Source: Mustelus asterias
Taxonomy: Eukaryota
Length of the DNA stretch: 64,000 bases
Reading direction: 5' to 3'
Assembly: GCF_964213995.1 (NCBI RefSeq)
Contig: NW_027590173.1
Coordinates: 682,001 to 746,000 of the forward strand
The translations under genes were made by a program, and so were the position numbers. Below, in pieces: positions 50,113 to 60,937 of the stretch. Under the pieces are notes generated by a model that was given only the letters and a program-made list of their open reading frames with translations, had not been told where the DNA came from and did not search any database. The stretch's first letter is position 1, and every line of letters begins with the position of its first letter.

Positions 50113-50909
50113 ATCCCCCCTCCCTGGGTGAGGTGCCCCTGAGCCGCCTTGCGGAAATGTCCTCTGTGTCTTTTTCTACCGCGCGGAGGCGTTTCCTGTG
50201 CGGGCTGCTGCACACCTTCCACTACCGCCTCCTCGCCTGTCGCCCAGATACACCTTGGCGGGCCTTGTTGGCGGAGGTCCCTCTACGGAGGGATCTCCCA
50301 CAATTACGTCGGGGACCTGGGGTGGAGGGTGATGCATGCGGCAGTTCCGCACAACCCACTGGTTCACGGGCTCCGAAGACTGGCCTTGTGGAGTCCGTGG
50401 ACCATGTCTATGTTTTGTGTCTTAGGCTGCACTTTCTTTATGTTTTCCTAAAGAACCTTTTATTGATGTTTTGTTTGCACTTCAGTCCCACGCTCCTGAT
50501 CTGCGGACACCCGGTGCGGAGAGGGGAGGGTCAGGATGGCGACCTCCTCGTGAACCTGCTACTGGGCCTGGCGAAACGCGCCATTTACTGGTCCAGGCAG
50601 CGGGCGATCGAGGGGGCCGTCCATCCTGACTGTCTTCCCCTCTACCGCGGCTACATTCGCGGCCGGGTGTCCCTGGAGAGGGAGCATGCGGTGTCCACTG
50701 GCGCGGTTGACGCCTTCCGCGTCCGCTGGGCACCGCAGGGGTTGAGGTGCATTATTGACCCTAATAATCACATTTTAATTTGATGTTTTTAAGTTTCCTT
50801 TGTACTTTGATTTCTGTTCGGGCTGTTCCCCCTCTTTTTTGGAGAGCTGCCCCTTTTACTTTGTCCTGACTTAATCTGAGTTTGTTTATTTGGTTTGACC
50901 TAAAAAGAG
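50113..50909 (+). mobile_element. Tx1/L1-clade LINE 3' portion
   Basis: ORF 50133-50783 (DTPWR..ESVDHVYVLC..HILI*); 3' UTR near-identical to 36897-37028. Confidence 0.85.
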
Positions 50910-50973
50910 GGCACAACGGAAGCGTGCTGGGCTTGTAACTGAGAAGTTGCTGCATCAAAACCATCCTTTGCTA
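50910..50973 (+). pseudogene. 5'-truncated initiator tRNA-Met pseudogene
   Basis: CGGAAGCGTGCTGGGC..ATCAAAACCATCCTTTGCTA. Confidence 0.75.
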
Positions 50974-51254
50974 TTCGATTCTCACTCATAGCAAAAGGAC
51001 ATAGTCGGCTGCTGTCCAATTGCATATCAGGGTTTCCTTGACAGTAAATTTGCTTCGTCATCTTGATTTGTCTTACCGTGGGTGATACAGCGCATTTGTC
51101 CCAGGTTGAGCTCAATTGGCTGGATAAGTTCCTGTATCGGTTGAGATTATTGATAAAGGCCCCGCCTTCCCAGCCTTGCTTCCCGCCTGAGGTGTGAATC
51201 CTCCGGTTAAATCATCACCATTTCGCTCTCTGCTGTGTGTCCTCTCATAGCAGC

Positions 51255-54200
51255 CATTTCAGCCCTTGGAAAAAGCCTCCGAGAATCCACCCGATCTATA
51301 CCTCTCAACATATTGTACACCTCTATCAGGTCACCTCTCATCCTTCGTCACTCCAAGGAGAAAAGGCCGAGCTCCCTCAACCTATCCTCATAAGGCATGC
51401 CAACCAATCCAGGTAACATCCTTGTAAATCTTCTCTGCACGCTTTCAATCATTTCCACATCCGCCCTGTAATGAGGCGACCAGAACTGAGCTCAGTACTC
51501 CAAGTGGGGTCTGACGAGGGTCTTGTAAAGCTGCATCATTATCTCCCGACTCCTAAACAATCCCTCGATTGATGAAGGCCAGCACACCATATGCCTTCTT
51601 AACCACCCCCTCTACCTGCGAGGCCCATTTAAGAGTCCTATGGACCCGGACCCCAAGGTCCTTCTGATCCCCTACACTGCTAAGTGTCTTACCCTTGATA
51701 TTATACTCCTTCATCCCATTTGACCTGCCAAAATGGACCATTACACATTTACCTGGGTTGCAATCCATCTGCCACTTCTCTGCCCAGTCTTGCATCCTAT
51801 CTATGTCACGCTGCAGCTCCTGACATCCCTCCAACCTATCCACAACACCACCAACCTTCGTGTCGTCGGCAAACTTACCAACCCATCCCTCCACTTCCTC
51901 ATCCAGGTCATTTATGAAAATGACAAACAGCAAGGGTCCCAGAACAGATCCCTGGGGCACACCCACCACTGGTGACCGACCTCCATTCAGAAAAAGACCC
52001 ATCTACAACCACTCTCTGCCTTCTGCAGGCAAGCCAGTTCTGGATCCACAAGGCAACAGCCCCTTGGATCCCATGCCCTCTCATTTTCTCGAGAAGTCTT
52101 GCATGGGGGACCTTATCAAACGCCTTGCTGAAGTCCATGTAAACCACATCTACCGCTTTTCCTTCGTCAATGTGTTTAGTCACATTTTCGAAGAACTCCA
52201 CCAGGCTCGTAAGGCACGATTTGCCTTTGACAAAGCCGTGCTGACTACTTTTGAGCATACTAAACTTCTCTAAATTTTCATAAATCCTGTTCCTCAGGAT
52301 CTTCTCCATCAAATTACCAACCACTGAGGTTAGACTCACCGGTCGGTAATTTCCTGGGCTATCCCTATTCCCTTTCTTGAATATAGGAACCACATTCACA
52401 ATCCTCCAATCCTCCGGAACTTCTCCCGTCTCCATCGACAACGCAATGATCATCGCCAGAGGCTCTGCAATCTCTTCCCTCGCCTCCCACAGTAACCTGG
52501 GATACATCCCATCCGGTCCCGGCGACTTATCTATCTTGATGAGATTCAAAATTTCCAACACATCCTCTTACTTAATGTCCACATACTCAATCTTTTCAGT
52601 CCGCCTCAATCCTGTAGTACAACCACCCAGGTCTTTTCCCACCGTGAATACCGAGGTAAAATATTCATTCAGCACCTCTGCTATTTCTTCCGCTTCTGTA
52701 CAGACTTTCTCACCTTCACATTTTATAGGTCCTATTCCTTCACATCTCATCCTTTTACTCTTCACATATTCATAGAACACCTTAGGGTTCTCCTTAATCT
52801 TACCTGCCAAGTCCTTCTCGTGATCCCTTCTGGCTCTCCTAATTTTTTTCTTAAGTCCCTTCCTTCAAGCCGTATACTCATCTAGATCCCTATCATCGCC
52901 TAGCTCTCTGAACCTTTTGTATGCTTTCTTTTCTTTTTGACTAGGTTCAGCGCAGCTTTCGTGCACCACAGTTCCCGTGACCAACCAAAACCTCCCTGTC
53001 TCATCGGAACGTTGTCATTCAGAACTCCAGACAAACATTCCTTGAAAATCTGCCACCTTACTTCGGTACTTTTCCTCGAGAATGCCTCCTTCCAATTTAC
53101 GCCTCTAATCTCCTGCCTGATGGCTTCATATTTCCCCTTACTCCAGATAAACACTTTCCTAGCTTGCGTGATCCTATCTCTTTCGAATGCTAGCGTAAAG
53201 GAGATAGAGCTATGATCACTATCCCCAAGATACTCCCCACTGAGAGATCCGACACCTGAAAAGGCTCATTAGCCAATACCAGATCGAGTACAGCCTCTCC
53301 TCGTGTAGGCTTATCCACATGCTGTGTCAAGAAACCCTCCTGAACACACCTAACAACCTCCTCCCCATCCAAACCCCTTACCCTAGGGACATTCCAATCG
53401 ATATTTGGGAAATTAAAGTCTCCCATCACGACAACCCTGTTATTACTACATCTCTCCAGGATCTGTTTCCCTATCTGCTCCTCAACATCCCTGTTACTAT
53501 TGGGCGGCCTGTAGAAAACACCCAGCAAAGTTATCGACCCCTTCCCGCTCCGAACTTCCCCCCACAGAGAATCCGTAGACAATCCCTCCACGGATTCCAT
53601 CTTCTCTACAGCTGTGACACTATCCCTGATCAGCAGTGCCACCCCCCACCTCCCCCCCCGCCCCCGCCCCCGCCACCCCCCCTCTTTTGCCTCCCTCTCT
53701 GTATTTTCTGAAACATCTGAAACCCAGCACCTGAAGTATCCAGGCCTGTCCCTGTCCCCAAGTCTCCATAATGGCCACCACATCACACTTCCAAGCATCG
53801 ATCCACACTCTAAGCTCATGCACTTTATTCTCTACACTCCTGGCATTAAAATAGAAACATCTCAAACCTTTGGTCTGAGCTCTCCCCTTCTCCATCACCC
53901 GTCTATTCTCCCTCTTACATTGTCTACAATCCTTCTCTATTTGCAGGCTAACCTCCTCGCTCTCAGTCACCTCATCTCGATTCGCTCCCCCCAACCTTTC
54001 TAGTTTAAAGTCTCCCCAGTCGCCTCAGCCAACCTTCCTGCCAGGATGTTGGTCCCCCTGGGATTCAAGTGCCACCCGTCTTTTTTGTACAGGTTACAAC
54101 TGCCCCTAAAGAGGTCCCAATGATCCAGGAACCTGAATCCCTGCCCCCTGCTCCAGTCCCTCAGCCACACATTCATCCTCCACCTCACTCCGTTCCTGCT

Positions 54201-55180
54201 CTCACTTTCCCGTGGCACAGGCAACAATCCTGAGTTTACTACCTTTGCGTTCCTCCTTCCCAACTGTCTACCTAACTCCCGATATTCTCTTTTCATGACC
54301 CCTTCCCTCTTCCTACCTATGTCAGCGGTACCAATATGTACCACGACCTCTGGCTCCTCTCCCTCCCACCTCAGGACATCTGGGACGCGATCAGAGACAT
54401 CCCGGATCCTGACACCAGGGAGGCAGACCACCACCCGAGACTCCCGTCTGTCTCCGCAAAAACGCCTGTCCGACCCCCTTACTAATGAGTCCCCAATTAA
54501 TACTGCCTTCCTCCACCTTTCCTTAGCCCTCTGAGTTACAGGGCCAGACTCTGCTCCAGACTCCACTGCTGCTTCCCCCAGGTGGGCTGTTCCCCCCAGC
54601 AGTACTCAGACAGGAGTACTTATTGTGAAGGGGCACATACACCGGGGTGCTCTCTATCACCCGAGCTTTCCCCTTCCTGGACGTTACCCACTTGTCGGCC
54701 TTTTGGCTAAGATCAAGTGTAGTATGGTCGGCAGCCCATGGTCGGCCGCACTTGGTCGAGGTCATTAGGTTACACTGAAGCTTCATATGTTTCATATGAA
54801 GCAATTTTTTAAAGCGGCATCTCGGCCTTTTGGCTAAGATGCAAATGAGCTCAGGTCTCAGGTCTCCAATCAGCTTGGCTCATGTAGATCAGGCCCAGGA
54901 CAGGGTGGTTTGGTCGCTCGCCCTGTCTTGTCAGCCTGGATCTGAAATGTCTCAACTTGTTGAGACTCTGAATTGGATTTGATTTGATTGAATTGGAAAA
55001 GTATAAAAAAAAAACTTGTCTGCCTCCCGTGGCCCCGGTGTGACCACCTGCTGACAGCTCCTGTCTATCACCTCCTCATTTTCCCTAACCAAACGAAGAT
55101 CATCGAGTTGCAGCTCCAGTTCTCTAACATGGTCTCTTCGGAACCGCAGCTCGACACACCCATCACAGATATGGACGTCC
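51255..55180 (-). mobile_element. Near full-length CR1-clade LINE (ORF1 Zn-finger/SGNH esterase; ORF2 APE and RT), frameshifted
   Basis: ORF 54000-54566 IGDS..HIGT..DGWHL; 53190-53819 GDFNFP; 51908-52561 and 51553-52002 RT motifs. Confidence 0.93.
54697..55013 (+). mobile_element. U2 snRNA-derived short retroposon (candidate SINE) inserted in CR1 ORF1
   Basis: U2 nt 9-39 at 54695-54725, U2 nt 4-27 at 54817-54840, A10 tail, TSD ACTTGTC at 54690-54696 and 55014-55020. Confidence 0.8.
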
Positions 55181-55338
55181 AAGTTTGCAAAATGCTAAAA
55201 TATGATCTGCGCGTGGAAGCCGGAAGTATCCCTAAAAAATCATTGTATCATAATTTGAAATTTATAACTTCGGAAACAATTGCAAACAATCAATTTACCC
55301 AGAGACAAAATCCAAAGACCGAATACAGTAAAGCGCCG

Positions 55339-55410
55339 TGAGTCTGACGTGATTTGAACGCGCAACCATCGGATCTGGAGTTAGAAGCGCTATCGTTGTA
55401 CCACAAACTC
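55339..55410 (-). pseudogene. tRNA-Trp(CCA), probable pseudogene
   Basis: CTCCAGA loop, GTTCAAATC; acceptor stem paired but two anticodon-stem mismatches and a D-loop change. Confidence 0.8.
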
Positions 55411-55637
55411 ACGCTAACAGCATCTTTCGACATCTGGCTTATTTTCTGTGAATTGAAAATCAGACAGGGACCAGAGAGGATAACTGTCTCTCTCTTTACT
55501 TTCTGTTGATTTGAATCGAATGGAAGAGTAACAGCGAACCGAAATTAACGAGAGAGCAGAAACACAACATTATCCTGCGGGAGAAATGCGTTTCTTTCTA
55601 AGAACACAAGAGCTGGTTGGGGGCATAGTGACTGCAT

Positions 55638-55719
55638 GACGAGGTGGCCCAGTGGTTAAGGCGATGGACTGCTAATCCATTGTGCTCTGCACGCGTGGGT
55701 TCGAATCCCATCCCCGTCG
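55638..55719 (+). tRNA. tRNA-Ser(GCT), near-intact
   Basis: Matches vertebrate Ser-GCT except one D-arm change and one acceptor-stem mismatch. Confidence 0.85.
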
Positions 55720-56344
55720 GAAATATATTGACATTGATCCACTTATTGAGGGTCAACTTATGTTGAAGTTCACGAACCAAGGTGAAGTTGAGGTTCAGAG
55801 TTCCACAGGTTTGAGGGTGAATAATCCAGCACCATTCCATATCCCTCATCCAAATGAAAAACCAAAAGAGAACTCGAGCTTGAAATCAGGACACCAGCTT
55901 TGGACAGGAGTTTGCCACCATGAAAACATGTGGTTTCAGAAGCTCCAAACACCAGCTTCATTTGCGGCACCAGTGACAGATTTTGTTTTTAGAGAATCGG
56001 CCGTTCCGCCATGAAAATTAGTGCCGGGTTAGGTGCAATGGTCATGGTAAGTTGCCCCTTAGTGGTCAGGAGCGTTAGCTCGTGAAATACGTGATTGTTC
56101 ACGATTGTTGTTGGCGCAGATTCTTCTGTCCTGCAGGGATTCTACAACGTTCGGGGCGGCAGTTTCACTCCTCTGAGAATATTCACAACTGTTCTCTGAT
56201 AACATTAAAACTTCTACCCAGTCAATGCCTGTTTGAGAAATGGCCATGAATAGGGCTGACATTGAAACGGTTCATATTGAATTAGTTACAGCAAATTGAT
56301 TCTTGAAGAGGTGTTAATATAATGCTTTCAGAGAGACTGTCATA

Positions 56345-56545
56345 ACATCTTAAAAGATCAGTTGCCCTTGTTTTTCCTTTGTTCGGTAATTTTGTGAATC
56401 TATTGGGAGCGGGTGCATTTGGTCAATATTTGTGCCTCTTGCTTGGCCAGCTCCGCGGCAACAGCAGCTCCATTCCTGTCCAGATGCGTGGACACAAACA
56501 GCAAATCCGAATTATTGTTCACTGCTGCCATCCCCTGGCTGAACG
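56345..56545 (-). pseudogene. Decayed histone H2B 3' portion with eroded stem-loop
   Basis: Minus strand CTGCTGTTGCC-GCGGAGCTGGCCAAGCA..GGCACAAA..TGACCAAATGCACCCGCTCCCAATAG resembles [37 protein letters not shown] downstream. Confidence 0.65.
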
Positions 56546-56845
56546 CGAGTTGTGCAACATGGTTACCATTCGTTCAGAACCTTTTTGGATTGGAGTGAAA
56601 TAACATGAACATGGTTCTCACCGATTAAAATGAGTGCAAAACATGATATTAATCAAGTTCCATGTCTCAGAGATCTGCTTTCTGACTGGGCGATCCTGCT
56701 CACCCCGATCTACCGGAAAATGTAAAACGTAAAACTCCCAGACCTGAAATATCTGTTACAAGATTCTCTAATCTCTGATTTCTCTGCCACTTCATTGCTC
56801 CTGTGTTCGTTCTATAAATACAGAGGGGACGGCAGAGGCAGGTGA

Positions 56846-56910
56846 GCGGGTTGGTGGTGTAGTTGTGACTGTGCGAGCAGTTGACCAAGGGCCAGTTCCT
56901 GACCATCACA
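56846..56910 (+). pseudogene. Degenerate tRNA-Gly relic
   Basis: Paralog of 15610-15672; lies 388 bp upstream of the Gly gene. Confidence 0.5.
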
Positions 56911-57233
56911 ATGGTGACTTACTTAATTAGCTATCGCAGGTCAGTCCCTCCTAAAATGAAATTCACTGAATATTCTCATTATTAATGAGTTACTGACGGA
57001 AAATCCAACTCCAATTTGTTTTCAGTGTAAAATTTCAATGGAAGAACAGGCCTCAAAATTAATCCATGAGTTCTCAGTCAGAAACAACAGTAAAAAGATC
57101 AAATAATCTGTCCAGAAAAACGAGACAAGCCAAGTTCAGTTTACAAACTGTGCTCTGGACACACCTGTGAAATCAGCAACTAAGCTAGTTCCGTAATTAT
57201 AACTAATGAAAATAACAGGTACTGAAACAGTGA

Positions 57234-57305
57234 GCGATGGTGGCATAGTGGTGAGTATAGCTACCTTCCAAGCAATTGACCCGGGTTCGATTTCTGGCCA
57301 CCGTA
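57234..57305 (+). tRNA. tRNA-Gly(TCC), diverged or possible pseudogene
   Basis: GCGATGGTGGCATAGTGGTGAG..CTTCCAA..GGGTTCGATT; several stem mismatches. Confidence 0.7.
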
Positions 57306-58426
57306 TATGTTGAACCTTATCCATGGCCTCTTGCGTTTCAAAGCATGTGGACAAAAACAGTTCGAACGCAACAATAAAATAAAATGGATTTTCCGCTTGA
57401 GTTTTTTTTCGGACGGAAAATTCGGCTTCAATTTCTTTATACTGCAAAATATATTGAAATAGAAGAAAAGTCTCTGAACTAATAAATGAGTTCTCAGTCA
57501 AAGATAAAGATATCAACAAAAAAATCAGATGAACAAATTTCAGCTCACACACTGTGCTCTGCACAATCCTGGTGCCTGATGAATTTAATATGAACGTTGC
57601 TGAGGTGGTTATATCATTCTTACAACCTTCGAAACCTGCTCGCAGAGGCTGTCATTGGAAATGCTTCATTGGTTTCTCCAGGGCAGTTCACAAGAATGAT
57701 TCCTAATTCTCAGTGGTTTTTTTCTATGAAGACCTGGATCTGTGCTGTGGGCCGGGTGCAGGATGTTGGTATTGGAATGAGCATCACGGTGTTCTCACAA
57801 GGCATGGCCAAGATGGGCCGAATGGATTCTGTGCTCTAACTTCCATGAGAAAAACAATGACGTGAGAAGAAAGAAAAATAGCAGCATAGGAACAAAACAA
57901 GGTCTCATGTCAGAGGAAGATTCTTGTGTAATGACACACAGAACATAAGAAATACATTTCACCAGAATACATTGAAAAAATGAGAATTTCAAAATGCTGC
58001 TTAGATGATATGACATCGTGTTCATTCAAACACATTGTAACAAGCTGGGCGTTGGGTATTCCTGGTGACAACAGTTTGGGAATGAAAGGAGCAGGTGAAA
58101 AATAGGGAGGAATAGCATATCGGAACTTTATCGAAAGAGGATTCTTGAGAATAATAAGACATCAGTTGAAATTCCATGTTAGAATTGATTTCAAAATGTC
58201 TATGGATTAAGTGATCACTTTGCTCAGGACTCCAAACACAAGCGATAAAGTGGTGGAATATATTCAGAGATTAGAGAATTTTGGTCGAAATCGATGTTGC
58301 TTTAAAAGACCTCTAATCATTTCTGACAGATTGAACCCAGCTGGGCAGCTCATTCAGAAAGCAGTTGTTGTCTTGTTTACGCACAAGATATATTTCTGGT
58401 ACAATATGTCCCAGGCCAACAAGATG

Positions 58427-59133
58427 ATATCCGAGAGTGTGTGGAAAATCTGTGTGAGAGTCAGAACTGGATCCGAAATGAAACCAGTGGTGGCGGCACA
58501 GAGCAACTTAAAGGCAGAGAGCCGACGGAGCAGAGACAAGCTGCTGTCAGCTCCCGGATCCTCCAGCCTCTCTGTGTTTCTCTCTCCTCACAAACTCTTC
58601 CATTGCAATTAAAATTGGACACTCCAGATTCTCAGACTGACTTATTTCTGTTACTGAAACCCGACTATTTCCTGTTGAGAAAGTTCCATCCGAATTCAAG
58701 GCGGCAATTTCCATTTCAACCCCCTCTTTGCTGCATTGATCGCGCTCTCTCAGTCAAACGCTGACTTATTCGCCGTTTGTCAACTGAAATCTTGAAATGG
58801 ACTAACATTTTCCATTATATTCTCTCTTCAGGTCTGAGCAGTGGAGCAGCGCGATCCTATGACAGGGAAATCTTGTGATTTGACACAAGAAGGACTGGGA
58901 AATCCGGCGCTGAGAGCGGACACACAAACACAGTAACATTAGTCTAACCCAGTCGCCCCTTCAACACACTCTCGCTGACACAATGTTCACATCTGTACAT
59001 TGACAGGTCAAACTGTGCCTCAGATTGACAGCTCCAAGTCCAGGCTTTCCTCTCCTCTCGCTCTGTGTTGTGGATTCTCGGGGATTAGTTCGAGTTTCCC
59101 AGCTCAGTAACTGTTAAAGCCTCTGAGGCCCGC
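58427..59133 (-). pseudogene. Orphan copy of the H1 5'UTR and promoter with no CDS
   Basis: Collinear with 14425-15123; homology stops inside the start codon. Confidence 0.85.
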
Positions 59134-59504
59134 GATGCTCACAGTGGCTGTTCCCCAGATTCAGGGGGCTGCAGCCAATCAGAGCTGGGTTAACCCAGAA
59201 CTGGTTGAAATTATGACCTTGTTCACAAACTGAATTCTATTTAGTCAGATGAAGATACCGATTGTGTGCATTCAGACACTAAACAATATTCAGCCTTCAT
59301 ACAGACTTGATGAGAGGGGGTGGAGGGATAGACAGCTCGGCTAGATTATGTAACAGTGCCAAAAATCCTTGTAAATTCCGGCTTGGACAAACAGAAGCTG
59401 CAGTCTGAGCTCTCACTGATATTGTAGCAGAGACACATTATTCATCCCACATTCAGGAACAGTGCTGCGTTCTGACAGAAACTATTGGAAAGGCAACAGA
59501 ACAA

Positions 59505-59815
59505 AGGATCCTGACAGTATGAAGTAGGCAATTTGGCCCATCGAGTCTGTGTTGACCACAATCCCACCCAGGCCCTATTCCCATAGCCCCACACATTTAC
59601 CCGGCTAATCCCCCTGACAATATGCATTCAATCCCATTGACATTTAGCATGGTCAATCAACCTCACCCGCACATCTTTGGACTGTGGGAGGAAACAAGAG
59701 AACCCGAAGGAAACCCACGCAACACGGGGAGAAAATGCAAACTCCACACAGACAGTGACCCAAGGTCGGTAATAGAACCCGGGACCCTGGTATTGTGAGG
59801 TAGTAGTCTGAGTCA
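59505..59815 (-). mobile_element. HE1-type V-SINE, degenerate
   Basis: Reverse complement of the V domain and tail. Confidence 0.75.
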
Positions 59816-60411
59816 CACCTCAGCAACCTCAGCACACCTCACCACCTCAGCAACGTTCATATTAAATTCATCAGACAGTCACAACGACTGTCCCGATGAC
59901 TGTGCCACCGTGACACTCTGAGTGGTCCAGTTCTCAACAGTGTGCAGGATCAGAGGGACCTGAGGTTCAGAGAGATTTTTGAAGGTGAGAGGAGATTTTG
60001 AGAGAGTCGTTTGGGAAGTGGATTGGATCCTTGGGTTCAGTAGTGGAGACTTGGAGTATAAAAACAGGGAAGTTATGATCAATCTTTATAAAGCTCTGTT
60101 TAACTGCGGCTGCTTCAGGATTGCATCCAGATCTGGGAACCAGGCTTTAGAAAGTGTGTGAGGGTTCTTAGGAGGGAGAAAAGGAGATTTACTGGTTTGG
60201 ATCCAGCGATGAGGGACTTTGGCTATAAAGTTTGGTCGGATAATTCGGAGTTTCTCCCTTTGCAGCAAACGAGATTGAGTGATGCTGTAAGAGACGTGCA
60301 AAAGAGTGCAACATATTGAATTAAGGTACACAGGGGAAGTTGCTGCATTAGCTGCGAGCAGAAGGATTCGGGGACAGATATTGAATATTGAAGACGGGAT
60401 GTATAGGAGGC

Positions 60412-60770
60412 ATAGGATCCCGACAGTGCGATATGAGGCCATTCGGCCCTGTGATTCTGCACCGCCTCTCCAACAGAGACTCCCTCCCTATCCCTGTGAC
60501 CCCGTAATTACCCTGCTAATCCCCCTGACACTAAGGGTCAATTTGGCCTGGTCAATCCACCTAATCTGCACATCGTTGAAGATGAGAGGAAACCGGAGCA
60601 CCCGAAGGAAACCAAGGCAGACACGGGGAGAACGTGCAAACTCCACACAAAGGGTGATCTGGACTCGAAACGTCAGCTCCTTCTCTCCTTATAGATGCTA
60701 CCAGACCTGCTGAGATTTTCCAGCATTTTCTCTTTCGGTTTCAAACTCCACACAGACAGGCACCCAAGAA
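60412..60770 (-). mobile_element. HE1-type SINE interrupted by a 92-bp hammerhead-family insert (60650-60741)
   Basis: CAAACTCCACACA duplicated at 60637-60649 and 60742-60754. Confidence 0.75.
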
Positions 60771-60937
60771 TGTTAGAACTGGACTGTAGTTTTCCGCACG
60801 TTACAGCAGCTGGAGTTTTCCCTTCAATTTTCTGGTATCTGGAAATCAGCGGAATATCCAAAAATAGAACTGACAATGAGTATAACCGCCGTAGTTATTC
60901 ACATGGCACTAACACCCGGCGCAGTGCTGCATGTGTT

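Noticed and set aside
54695-54725. Functional U2 snRNA gene
   Set aside because: Only ~31 of ~190 nt are present, with no Sm site, PSE or 3' box
54726-54810. U6-like patches (TCGGCAGCCCAT; TGAAGCTTCATATGTTT) or an HDV/hammerhead ribozyme in the U2 insert
   Set aside because: The matches are short, the ACAGAGA/AGC core of U6 is absent, and I could not build P1/P1.1/P3 or a CUGANGA-GAAA core
58211-58764. ORFs 58211-58612 and 58441-58764 as new genes
   Set aside because: They span a LINE-like remnant and the antisense of the orphan H1 promoter, with no recognisable domain
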